NCBI GenBank assembly: GCA_910589135.1
Contig: CAJUSL010000001.1
Coordinates: 68,058 to 132,057 of the forward strand
DNA: 64,000 nt
Source of the DNA: an uncultured Eggerthellaceae bacterium
GTDB taxonomy: Bacteria; Actinomycetota; Coriobacteriia; Coriobacteriales; Eggerthellaceae
Direction: 5' to 3'
Below, in pieces: positions 17,837 through 26,725 of the stretch (positions are counted from its first letter, which is position 1; the number at the start of each line of letters is the position of its first letter). The notes beneath the pieces were generated by a model. That model ran no database searches. It saw nothing but the letters and a program-made list of their open reading frames with translations, and was not told the origin of the DNA. The position numbers and the translations under genes are program-made.

Positions 17837-19380
17837 CGGCGCGCAAGCGTGCGAAGGGTGCCGGCCAGGGTGCGGCCGGTGCCGGTGGCAAGAGCGGCGC
17901 GCGTGCGAAGGGCGCGGACAGGCAGGCAGCAAAGCGGGCAGCCGCCTTCGCCGGCGTGCCGCCCGTTCTCATCGTTGCCGCCGAGGCCGCACCGCTTGCC
18001 AAGACCGGCGGCCTGGCCGATGTCGTGGGGGCGCTTCCCAAGTATCTGAAGCGGCTGGGGGTGGACGCGCGCATCATCATGCCGTTCCATCGCGCCATCA
18101 AGGACCGCTATGCAAGCCAGGCGATGCATCTATTCGACTATCTGGCGGGCGATCAGTGGGAGAGCCGGTTCGTCGGCATCGACAAGCTCGAGCTGGACGG
18201 CACCGTGTACTACTTCGTGGACAACGAGCACTACTTCGGCGGGCCCATCTACACCGGCAACAACTTCGAGGGGCAGCAGTACGCCTTCTTCACGCAGGCG
18301 GTGTGCGACGTCATTCCCAACCTCGACTTCCAGCCGGGCATCGTGCACTGCAACGACTGGCACACGGCCATGGTGCCGTTCAAGCTGAAGGCGCGTGCCG
18401 CGCGCATGGGCACGACGCCGCCCGCGACGCTGCTCACCATCCACAACCTGGCGTTCCAGGGCACTTTCGGCGACGACTTGCAGGCCATCGCCATCGGGGC
18501 GGACGAGCGCGCGTATGCCTGCGACTTGGGGTGCTGGAACATGATGAAGGCCGGCATCGACACGGCCGACCGCGTGAACACCGTCAGCCCCACGTACGCC
18601 GCCGAGATCACCACGCACGAGTTCGGCGAGGGGCTGGAATACGACCTGCGCTCGGTGCGCGACAGGGGGCGGCTCTCTGGCATCCTGAACGGCATCGACA
18701 CCGATACGTGGAACCCGGCGACCGATGGCTGCCTTGAGCAGACGTACTCGCTGGACGACCTGGCGGGCAAGGCTGCCTGCAAGCGCGCGCTGTTGGAGGA
18801 GCTGGGTCTCGAGCCCGACATGGACGCGCCGCTTATCGCCATGGTCGGCCGCCTTACGCCGCAGAAGGGCATCGGCATTGCGGCGCATGTCATCGGCACG
18901 TTGGTGCACGAGGGCGCCATGTTCGTGGTGCTGGGGTCGGGCGACTCCGACCTTGAGTGGCAGATGCGCGAGGCCGAGAACCGCTACAAGGGACGCGTGT
19001 GTTCCTACATCGGCTACAACGGCGACCTGTCGCACCGTATCTACGCGGCGTCCGATTTCTTTCTGATGCCGTCGGCGTTCGAACCGTGCGGCATATCGCA
19101 GATGATCGCCATGCGCTATGGAAGCCTGCCCATCGTGCACGAGACAGGCGGCCTGAAAGACACCGTGCAGTCGTTCAACGAGTTCACGGGCGAGGGGTGC
19201 GGCTTCTCGTTCTCGCGGTTCGATGGCGACGACGCCGTAGATGCCTGCCGGAAGGCACTTGCCGTTTTCGGCGACGACGCCGTGGTGCGGCAGCTTGTGC
19301 GCAATGCCATGACGCGCGATTTCAGCTTCGACCGCTGCGCCCGTTCCTACGCCGAGCTGTATCGGTCGATGGTTCCCTAG
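17833..19380 (+). CDS. glgA: Glycogen synthase (GT5) with a ~35-aa basic N-terminal extension
   Basis: AAEAAPLAKTGGLADVVGALP (KTGGL motif) and the C-terminal SAFEPCGISQMIAMRYGSLPIVHETGGLKDTV. ATGA overlap with glgD. Confidence 0.9.
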   Translation: MTARKRAKGAGQGAAGAGGKSGARAKGADRQAAKRAAAFAGVPPVLIVAAEAAPLAKTGGLADVVGALPKYLKRLGVDARIIMPFHRAIKDRYASQAMHLFDYLAGDQWESRFVGIDKLELDGTVYYFVDNEHYFGGPIYTGNNFEGQQYAFFTQAVCDVIPNLDFQPGIVHCNDWHTAMVPFKLKARAARMGTTPPATLLTIHNLAFQGTFGDDLQAIAIGADERAYACDLGCWNMMKAGIDTADRVNTVSPTYAAEITTHEFGEGLEYDLRSVRDRGRLSGILNGIDTDTWNPATDGCLEQTYSLDDLAGKAACKRALLEELGLEPDMDAPLIAMVGRLTPQKGIGIAAHVIGTLVHEGAMFVVLGSGDSDLEWQMREAENRYKGRVCSYIGYNGDLSHRIYAASDFFLMPSAFEPCGISQMIAMRYGSLPIVHETGGLKDTVQSFNEFTGEGCGFSFSRFDGDDAVDACRKALAVFGDDAVVRQLVRNAMTRDFSFDRCARSYAELYRSMVP

Positions 19381-19404
19381 CGCTGGCTTACTGGCGGCGA
19401 AGCC

Positions 19405-20682
19405 CTACTCGATTGCGCCCACCGGCTCGGGGTTGGCGAGCTTCTTGTTCATCGTGCGCTTGAACGCGATTGCGACGACGAGCGCCACGCAGGCGAGGGA
19501 GCCCATGACAATCGCGGCGACCGAGTAGCCCGAGGTGTCGAGCACGCCGCCGACGATGGCGGGGATGGCCAGCGTTCCCAGGTTCTGGCCCAGCACCACC
19601 AGCGCGACGGCCGCGCCCACGGTGTGGGACGAGCGTGCCACGAAGGGCGGGATGGCGAAGAAGAGCGCCGGCGCCGCACCCAGGAAGCAGCCGCCCAGGA
19701 ACCCGACGGCATACGTGACGGGCATCGAGGCATCCATGTTGAACCACGCGAACAGGAACACGGCGCACAGGGCGATGTTGACGATCAGCACGAGCATCTT
19801 GTCCTTTGCGCGCGCGAAGATCACGCCGATGACCACCGAGCCCACCAGCATGCCGAACGATGCCAGCATCGATGTCAGGTTCGCCTCAGTGTAGGGGCGG
19901 TCGAGTTCGACGTTCAGGTAGGTGACCGTAAAACTGTTGAACGCGTCGGTCGCGCCGCCAACCAGGAAGAACATGAAGGCGGTCAGGATGGCGAAAGGCG
20001 CGCAGTAGCCCCACAGCAGGCCGTGCTTCGGAATCTTCGGGGAAGAGCCGTCGGCAGGGGCGCTTGCGGCGGCCGCGTCGACGGCGACTGCGCCCGCGTC
20101 TGCACGCGGCGCGCATTCGGGCATCTTCACGCAGATGACGACCAGCAGCAGCGCCAGCACCGTGGACACCAGCGAAAAGACCCACATGCCGGTCCAGTCG
20201 GTTGCGGCCAGAATCGGGTTGGCGATGCCGGTGGAGAGCAGCATGCCAAGGCCAACGTTCGCGCCCCACACGCCGCTCGCGATGCCGCGCTTCTTCGGCT
20301 CGTACCACGCTGCAATGATCACGGGGCCGGCCGTCATGGTGACGCCGTAGCCGGCTCCTTCCAGGACGCGCGTGGCAAGCAGTGCTGCGTCGTTGGTCGC
20401 GAACAGGGCGATCACGTTGCCCAGGACCGACGCCAACAGCGCGACGCTGACCACCTTGCGGGCGCCGAGCCGGTCGATCAGCGTGCCGCCGAACACCATG
20501 GCCATGACGAGCGCCGATGCGGAAAAGGCCGTCATGAGCAAGCCTTGCATCGTGTACGAGATCCCGAGGGCATCGATCATCGACGGCTGGGAGGGAGGAA
20601 CCTTCCCGTATTGCGTCGAAATGAGAATGCTTGCGACGATGATGGCCCAGACCGGAATCCAGGCGGCGACCTTCTTGGCCAT
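19405..20682 (-). CDS. MFS transporter, paralog of the 25073..26311 transporter
   Basis: About 12 TM segments. The N-terminus KKVAAWIPVWAIIVASILISTQYGKVPPSQPSMIDALGISYT closely matches 25073..26311. Start ATG 20682 has GGAGGAG 8 nt upstream. Confidence 0.85.
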   Translation of the reverse strand: MAKKVAAWIPVWAIIVASILISTQYGKVPPSQPSMIDALGISYTMQGLLMTAFSASALVMAMVFGGTLIDRLGARKVVSVALLASVLGNVIALFATNDAALLATRVLEGAGYGVTMTAGPVIIAAWYEPKKRGIASGVWGANVGLGMLLSTGIANPILAATDWTGMWVFSLVSTVLALLLVVICVKMPECAPRADAGAVAVDAAAASAPADGSSPKIPKHGLLWGYCAPFAILTAFMFFLVGGATDAFNSFTVTYLNVELDRPYTEANLTSMLASFGMLVGSVVIGVIFARAKDKMLVLIVNIALCAVFLFAWFNMDASMPVTYAVGFLGGCFLGAAPALFFAIPPFVARSSHTVGAAVALVVLGQNLGTLAIPAIVGGVLDTSGYSVAAIVMGSLACVALVVAIAFKRTMNKKLANPEPVGAIE

Positions 20683-20851
20683 GGCGACCACTCCTCCCCC
20701 GGGATGACGATAGCATCAACGGATGCCGTGCATAGGAGCATGGTTGCGCATATGGAAGGCGCGCGCATCCACCGCGCGTCGCTATATTGCGGCGATTCCG
20801 GCGGTATGAGGGGGAGTATTATGCGCTTACGCTTGGAGAACGCTGCCGCGC

Positions 20852-22321
20852 TTACTGCTGGAAGTCTTCCTCCACCATGTCGATCAGCTCTTGCTGCGAA
20901 TGGATGTCCACCTTCCGGTAGATGTGGTAGATGTGCGTCTTGACGGTGTGCGTGGATATGTAGAGCTCGTCGGCGATGTAGCCGTAGCTGCGCCCGCGCG
21001 CCAGCATCATGAAGATGCGCTCCTCCTGCTTCGTCAGCTTGTGCTGCTCGGAAATGTCGCGGCATCTGTCCTTCCACGCATCCTGGAACTGCGTGGACTT
21101 CGCGACGCCCGCTTCCGACTCCTCGCCGCCGCCCGTGATGGTCATGTACAGGATGATCATCATCACCAGCACCACCGACGATACGCCGAACCCGGCGTTG
21201 AACCGCTCGGAGCCCAGCAGCGCGAACAGCACGTAGCCGATGGCCCAGCCCAGGAAGATGCCCAGAAAGTTCACGAACGTGGCGGTGCTGGTGTAACGGA
21301 ACAGCCCCAGCCGCCGGTCGCGCACCTCGTCGGCCAGGTCGCCCCACCCGATGGCGTCGAAGCAGGTGAACCCGAACACGGCGAACGACAGGAACACCAC
21401 CTGCAGCGTGGTGTCAACGTAAGGGAAGGGCAGCATCGCCACGGCCGCCAGCATCAGCAGCACGCGGCGGAACTTGTCGGCGTCGATGCGCATCTTGAAG
21501 CAGAACGTGCACGCCGCGAGGAAGGCGGCCGAGAACAGGATGGACAGCACGATGACGAAGATCAGGTGGTTCACGCACGCCAGGTACAGAACCGCGTACG
21601 ACACCACGCCGAACGACACCGTATATATAAGTGTGAGCGGAACGAAGTTGCGCAGCTCCGAGAAGCGCGCCTTCAGCGAATCCGCGTGCGTCTTGGCCTC
21701 GGCGCCTTGGGCGTGCTGGTCGCTGGAGGCGTCCATCCTGCGGCCGGCAGCGTAGGTGAAGACGCACGCGAGCATCGGCAGCACCATCACGCCCGCGACC
21801 ATCAGCGTCGGCGCGAACAGTTGCGGAACGGCGTACAGCGCGGCCGCCACCAGGAAGCTGAGCGAGATGCACCGCGAGATTTTCGCGCGTTTCAGCCAGA
21901 TGAGGAACCGGATGGTCTTCATCAGCACGAGCGACGACGCCAGGCCCGACACCGCCCAAAGCACGGCCACCGCGAAGAACGGCAGGGGGATACCCAGCGT
22001 GACGAGCAGCGCGGGGATGCCGTTCAGGCAGCTCGTCAGCGCCAGGATGACGAACCCGCGCAGCCCCTTGAAGAAAGCCTCGGCCTTCTCGGGCATCAGG
22101 CTGACGGCAAGGGTCGTCAGCGCCGACGTTCCGGCGAAGATGACCAGCAGCAGGCAGTATCGCACTATGCCTTCGTTGCCGAACGGGTTCAGCGCGACCG
22201 AGGAAAACGTCGCGAAGATCCACGCCCAGTATGAGCCCAGCGAGATGATGCCGAACACCAGGATCGTCGAGTCGTTCCCGAACAGGTGGTCGTCGCGTTC
22301 CGGGGTATTACCTTTGGTCAT
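20852..22321 (-). CDS. Polytopic membrane LuxR-family transcriptional regulator
   Basis: About 10 predicted TM helices, then the C-terminal HTH LTKQEERIFMMLARGRSYGYIADELYISTHTVKTHIYHIYRKV. Start ATG 22321 is preceded by GGAGGAGAAAG. Confidence 0.85.
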   Translation of the reverse strand: MTKGNTPERDDHLFGNDSTILVFGIISLGSYWAWIFATFSSVALNPFGNEGIVRYCLLLVIFAGTSALTTLAVSLMPEKAEAFFKGLRGFVILALTSCLNGIPALLVTLGIPLPFFAVAVLWAVSGLASSLVLMKTIRFLIWLKRAKISRCISLSFLVAAALYAVPQLFAPTLMVAGVMVLPMLACVFTYAAGRRMDASSDQHAQGAEAKTHADSLKARFSELRNFVPLTLIYTVSFGVVSYAVLYLACVNHLIFVIVLSILFSAAFLAACTFCFKMRIDADKFRRVLLMLAAVAMLPFPYVDTTLQVVFLSFAVFGFTCFDAIGWGDLADEVRDRRLGLFRYTSTATFVNFLGIFLGWAIGYVLFALLGSERFNAGFGVSSVVLVMMIILYMTITGGGEESEAGVAKSTQFQDAWKDRCRDISEQHKLTKQEERIFMMLARGRSYGYIADELYISTHTVKTHIYHIYRKVDIHSQQELIDMVEEDFQQ

Positions 22322-22349
22322 ACTTTCTCCTCCATAGCCTGCTACAGGG

Positions 22350-22367
22350 CGTATTCGCATAAATACG
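22350..22367. promoter_or_regulatory. Candidate operator palindrome in the luxR / Mo-enzyme divergent promoter region
   Basis: CGTATT-CGCATA-AATACG (6-bp arms). Two GATTCAC direct repeats lie nearby, at 22379 and 22400, 21 bp apart. Confidence 0.3.
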
Positions 22368-22471
22368 GACGTTTCCCCGATTCACGCGAACGAAGCACTG
22401 ATTCACCATGTGGTCAGCTTACAGGACGTCGTTTCTGCGCCCTGGGACTTCAAAGGAAGAAGGAGGATGCA

Positions 22472-24724
22472 ATGAGCGAAAAGAGGGAATACACCCTCGT
22501 CGATCACAAGGAGCCGTATCGCTACGACGACAACGGCCTTCATGTGACGCGCGGCAGTGCCTGGTCGGGACCGGGTTGCCATCTGGGGTGCGGGGTGCTT
22601 ATGTACACCGACGACGATGGCAAGCTGGTCAAGGTTGAGGGAGACCCTGAGAACCCCTTCAACCAGGGGCGGCTGTGTTGCCGCTGCCTCGCGCTTCCGG
22701 AGGTAGTATATCACGAGGATCGCGTGCTCCATCCCATGAAGCGCGCCCGCGAAGACCGCGGCAAGGACAAATGGGAGCGCATCTCTTGGGACGAGGCGTA
22801 CGAGATGGTCACGTCGCGGTTCTTGGAAATCAAGGAGAAGTACGGCCCGGAATGCATCGCGTTCTATTCCGGCACCGGCCGTGACATCGGGCAGTACATC
22901 ACGCGTTTGGCCTGGGGATTCGGAAGCCCGAACTTCGTCTTCGCGATGAGCGGCCAGTCGTGCTATTCGCCGCGCGTCGCCGGCTGCTTCTCGAACACGG
23001 GCGCGTTCTGGCTGGGCGACTACTCCCAGCAGTTCGCCGACCGCTACGACGACCCGCGCTGGGAATGCCCCGAGTACGTGGTGGTGTGGGGCAACAACCC
23101 GCTGGTGTCGAACTCGGACGGGCTGTACGGCCACTGGGTGATCGACGTGATGAAGCGCGGCGCCAAGCTGATCGTCATCGACCCGCGCCTCACGTGGCTG
23201 GGGGCGAAGTCCGAGCAGTTCCTGCAGGTGCGTCCCGGCACCGACGCCGCGCTTGCGCTGGGCATGATCAACTTCATCATCGAAGAGGACCTGTACGACC
23301 ACGAGTTCGTGGACCTGTGGTGCTACGGCTTCGAAGAGCTGGCCGAGCGCGCCAAGGAGTACCCGCTTGACTACGTGGAGGAGGTCACGTGGATTCCGCG
23401 CGACAAGATCGAGCGCGCCGCCCGCAGCATCGCGCAGGCGAAGAACGCCATCCTGCAGTGGGGCGTTGCGATCGACCAGACCAAGGAGACCATCCCCACG
23501 GCGCAGGCGCTGCTGTCGCTGTTCGAGATCACGGGCCACATGGACAAGCCCGGCGCCATGGTGCCGCCGCCGTCCATCCTGTACTACGCAGGCGGCTGGG
23601 GCGAGGAATTCCTGACGCCCGAGCAGAAGGCCAAGCTGATCGGCCTGAAGGAATACCCGCTCATCCAGATGGGCTTCCAGGAGGCCGTCACCGACGAGTA
23701 CATCAAGGCGCTGGAAACGGGCGAGCCCTATCGGTTCCGCGCGGCGTGGATGCAGACCACGAACCCCTTGGTGTGCACGGGCGTCGACCCGAAGCGCTCG
23801 CTGGCGGCGCAGAACAATCTGGAATTCATCGTGTACGTCGACCTGTTCATGACGCCGACCGCCATGGCGCTGGCCGACGTGTTCCTGCCCGCATGCACCT
23901 ATCCCGAGCGTGACGGCATCCGCATCGGCGACGGCATGCAGCGCGGCGAGACCATCAACAAGGTGATCGAGCCTTTGGGCGAGAGCAAGTCCGACATGGA
24001 GATCTGCCTGGAGGTGGGCAAGAGGATCGCCCCCGAGGCATGGCCGTGGGAGACGGTGGAGGACATGTTCTCCAGCATCCTGGAGGAGACGGGCTACGAC
24101 TTCGAGGAGATGCAGAAGATCGCGCCGGCCTACATGCCGTTTGAGTACCACCAGCACGAGAAGGGCCTTCTGCGCAGCGACGGACAGGTCGGCTTCGGTA
24201 CGCCCACCGGCCGCATCGAGCTGTGGTCGAACTTCTACAACACGTGCGACTTGGACCCGCTGCCCTATTTCGAGGAGCCCTCGCCCGGCCCGGTGTCCAC
24301 CCCCGAGCTGCTGGACGAGTACCCGCTGGTGCTCACGACCGGTGCGCGCATCTGGTCGATGTTCCATTCCGAGCACCGGCAGATTCCGCACCTGCGCGCC
24401 CTGCATCCGGATGCCATCATCCAGGTGAATCCGAAGACGTGCCGCGAGTACGGCGTGAAGCACGGCGACTGGGTGTGGGTGGAGAACCAGCGAGGCCGCT
24501 GCAAGCGCCGCGTCATCGAGACGCCCGTCGTGGAGGAGCGCGTATGCTCCACCGACCATGCGTGGTGGCTTCCCGAAGCGCCGGCCGAGATGGAGGACGG
24601 CCTGTACGGCATGTGGGACCTGGACGTGGGGAACCTCATCGAGTACAAGTGCGGCAAGTCCGGTTTCGGCGCCAATTACAAGACGCTGCTGTGCAAGATC
24701 TACAAGGTTGAGGAAGGTGAATAG
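22472..24724 (+). CDS. Molybdopterin (bis-PGD) oxidoreductase catalytic subunit, no Tat signal (cassette 1)
   Basis: 750 aa. N-terminal Cys group GPGCHLGCGVLMY...GRLCCRC (FeS site). DMSO-reductase-family blocks are present throughout. SD AGGAGGA lies upstream of ATG 22472. No RRxFLK motif or hydrophobic signal region. Confidence 0.9.
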   Translation: MSEKREYTLVDHKEPYRYDDNGLHVTRGSAWSGPGCHLGCGVLMYTDDDGKLVKVEGDPENPFNQGRLCCRCLALPEVVYHEDRVLHPMKRAREDRGKDKWERISWDEAYEMVTSRFLEIKEKYGPECIAFYSGTGRDIGQYITRLAWGFGSPNFVFAMSGQSCYSPRVAGCFSNTGAFWLGDYSQQFADRYDDPRWECPEYVVVWGNNPLVSNSDGLYGHWVIDVMKRGAKLIVIDPRLTWLGAKSEQFLQVRPGTDAALALGMINFIIEEDLYDHEFVDLWCYGFEELAERAKEYPLDYVEEVTWIPRDKIERAARSIAQAKNAILQWGVAIDQTKETIPTAQALLSLFEITGHMDKPGAMVPPPSILYYAGGWGEEFLTPEQKAKLIGLKEYPLIQMGFQEAVTDEYIKALETGEPYRFRAAWMQTTNPLVCTGVDPKRSLAAQNNLEFIVYVDLFMTPTAMALADVFLPACTYPERDGIRIGDGMQRGETINKVIEPLGESKSDMEICLEVGKRIAPEAWPWETVEDMFSSILEETGYDFEEMQKIAPAYMPFEYHQHEKGLLRSDGQVGFGTPTGRIELWSNFYNTCDLDPLPYFEEPSPGPVSTPELLDEYPLVLTTGARIWSMFHSEHRQIPHLRALHPDAIIQVNPKTCREYGVKHGDWVWVENQRGRCKRRVIETPVVEERVCSTDHAWWLPEAPAEMEDGLYGMWDLDVGNLIEYKCGKSGFGANYKTLLCKIYKVEEGE

Positions 24725-24726
24725 GC

Positions 24727-25062
24727 GTGGCTGAATACGGACTGCTGATAGATTACGATTGGTGCACGGGCTGCCACACGTGCGAGGTGGCATGCCAGAT
24801 GGAGCACTCGCTTCCGCCCGACCAGTGGGGCATCAAGCTGACCGAGGTGGGCCCGTGGGAATATGCCCCCGAGAAGTGGCAGTACGCCTACATGCCCGTG
24901 CCGACCGACCAGTGCGACCTGTGCGCGCGTCGCACCGCCGAGGGAAAGCTTCCCACGTGCGTGCACCATTGCCAGGCCCAGTGCATTCATTACGGGCCGC
25001 TGGACGAGCTCGCCAAGAAGCTTCCCGGGAAGACCAAGCAAACGCTTTTCAGCCTGAGATAG
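24727..25062 (+). CDS. Small 4Fe-4S ferredoxin-like electron-transfer subunit (111 aa)
   Basis: CTGCHTCEVAC (Cx2Cx2Cx3C) plus CDLC...C..HHC...C. Nine Cys in total, enough for about two clusters. Paralog at 57632..57958. Confidence 0.85.
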   Translation: MAEYGLLIDYDWCTGCHTCEVACQMEHSLPPDQWGIKLTEVGPWEYAPEKWQYAYMPVPTDQCDLCARRTAEGKLPTCVHHCQAQCIHYGPLDELAKKLPGKTKQTLFSLR

Positions 25063-25072
25063 GGGGCGTCAT

Positions 25073-26311
25073 ATGAGCAAGGTGAAGAAAATAATGCCGT
25101 GGGTGCCGGTGTGGGCGATCATCGTCGCGAGCATTCTGGTGAGCTTCGAATACGGCAAGGTGCCGCCAGCTGCTCCCAGCATGATCGAGGTGCTGGGCAT
25201 CTCGTATACGACGCAGGGGCTGCTGATGACGATGTTCTCCATCGCGGCCGTCGTGATGGGGCTCATCGGCGGCACGATGATCGACCGGCTGGGCGCGCGC
25301 AAGGTCGTGAGCGTTGCGCTTGCGCTGACCATCGTCGGCAACGTGGTCGGGCTGTTCTGGACGAGCGATGCGGGGCTGCTGGTCACGCGCGTGCTGGAAG
25401 GCTTGGGCTACGGCGCCACGATGACCGCCGGGCCCGGCGTGATCGCCGCGTGGTACGAGCCCAAGAAGCGCGGCCTTGCCAACGGCGTGTGGGGCGCGAA
25501 CGTGGGCGTCGGCATGATGATCTGCACGATGTCGGCCACTCCCATCATGGAGTCCAGCGGCTGGTCGGGCATGTGGATCTTCGGCCTGGTGGGCGCCATC
25601 CTGGCGTTTCTGCTGGTCGCCATCTTCGTGTGCATGCCGCCCGAGGGTGAGCGTAAGGATGCGATGGACCTGCCGCCGGCCACCGACGCCGACAAGAGCC
25701 ATGGCGTGCTGTGGGGATACCTCGCCCCGCTGCCCGTGCTCGCCGCGGTGATGTTCTTCCTGGTGGGCGGTGCGACCGACGCGTTCAACGCGTTCACCAT
25801 CACGTACCTGAACCTGGAGCTCGGCGAGGCCGAGAGCATGGCGAACATGACCGCCACCATCGCCTCGTTCGGCCTGCTGGTCGGCGCGGTCATCATGGGC
25901 TTCCTGTTCGCGAAGGTGCGCGACAAGGGCATGGTGCTGCTGGTCAACATCGCGCTGTGCGCCATTGCTCTGTTCGCGTGGTTCAACCTTGACCTGTCGC
26001 CCGAGATGATGTGCGTGGTCGGGTTCTTCGTGGGCTGCTTCCTTGGCGCTGCGCCGACCGCGTTCTTCGCAGTGGCGCCCATGGCCGCCCGCTCGCCTGG
26101 GACCATCGGCGCCGCCACCGGCATGGTGGTGCTGGGCCAGAATGCCGGCACGCTGTTGATTCCCACGGTTGTGGGCATGATTCTGGACGCTGCCGGATAC
26201 GGCGCCGCTGCCATGTTCATGGGCGGCATCAGCGTGGCGGCCGCGCTCATCTGCATTGCGTTCCGCGCGCTGTACAAGAAGCATGTCGCGGTCACCCCGG
26301 AGGCGCAGTAG
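25073..26311 (+). CDS. MFS transporter (cassette 1)
   Basis: 412 aa, about 12 TM segments, contiguous with the two oxidoreductase subunits. Confidence 0.9.
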   Translation: MSKVKKIMPWVPVWAIIVASILVSFEYGKVPPAAPSMIEVLGISYTTQGLLMTMFSIAAVVMGLIGGTMIDRLGARKVVSVALALTIVGNVVGLFWTSDAGLLVTRVLEGLGYGATMTAGPGVIAAWYEPKKRGLANGVWGANVGVGMMICTMSATPIMESSGWSGMWIFGLVGAILAFLLVAIFVCMPPEGERKDAMDLPPATDADKSHGVLWGYLAPLPVLAAVMFFLVGGATDAFNAFTITYLNLELGEAESMANMTATIASFGLLVGAVIMGFLFAKVRDKGMVLLVNIALCAIALFAWFNLDLSPEMMCVVGFFVGCFLGAAPTAFFAVAPMAARSPGTIGAATGMVVLGQNAGTLLIPTVVGMILDAAGYGAAAMFMGGISVAAALICIAFRALYKKHVAVTPEAQ

Positions 26312-26323
26312 CCAAGCTGCAGC

Positions 26324-26399
26324 AGCCGGTCTTGCGTGCTGCGGCCGGGTTCGCGTGCGGTAGCCGGCCTTGCGCGAGGCAGCCGGACTCGCGTGCGGG
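26324..26399. repeat. Four degenerate tandem 19-bp repeats
   Basis: Units AGCCGGTCTTGCGTGCTGC, GGCCGGGTTCGCGTGCGGT, AGCCGGCCTTGCGCGAGGC and AGCCGGACTCGCGTGCGGG, starting 12 nt after the MFS stop. The 19-bp period is not a multiple of 3. Confidence 0.5.
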
Positions 26400-26609
26400 T
26401 TGTTCGTGGGGTTTCCGCCGGCGCATGTAAGGGACATGACCCCCCCGGAGGGGGCTGCCGGATGGCGGCCTCCTTTTGCACGGTTGCGGTTACGGTTGGT
26501 TGCGCGGGCGCTTTCGCGTCCGCGCGGTCCTTCGCGCCGCATTGTCCGCTGCTCGTTCGCGAGCGAGCTCAACGTCATGCGCGTGCTTGTGCTGCCGCAG
26601 CACCTGACA

Positions 26610-26673
26610 GCCTTGTGCCGCCGCAGCCTGTGCCTTGTGCCTTGTGCTTTATGTTGCCGCAGCCTGTGCCTTG
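26610..26673. repeat. 28-bp direct repeat (2 copies) containing GCCTTGT heptamer reiterations
   Basis: GCCGCAGCCTGTGCCTTGTGCCTTGTGC occurs at 26610-26637 and 26646-26673. Confidence 0.6.
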
Positions 26674-26725
26674 TGCCTTGTGCCGCGTTCCTCCATGACC
26701 TCTTGCGTCAATCAATTGGCGGAAT

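Noticed and set aside
22472-22600. Twin-arginine (Tat) signal peptides on the three Mo-enzyme catalytic subunits (also checked at 34902 and 55288).
   Set aside because: None has an S/T-R-R-x-F-L-K motif or a hydrophobic h-region. The only RR dipeptide (DRRESY in the 55288 protein) is in a polar context. All three enzymes are therefore treated as cytoplasmic.
26610-26673. Possible CRISPR array, suggested by the 28-bp direct repeats.
   Set aside because: There are only two repeat copies, 8 bp apart, with no unique spacers of CRISPR length and no cas genes in the window.
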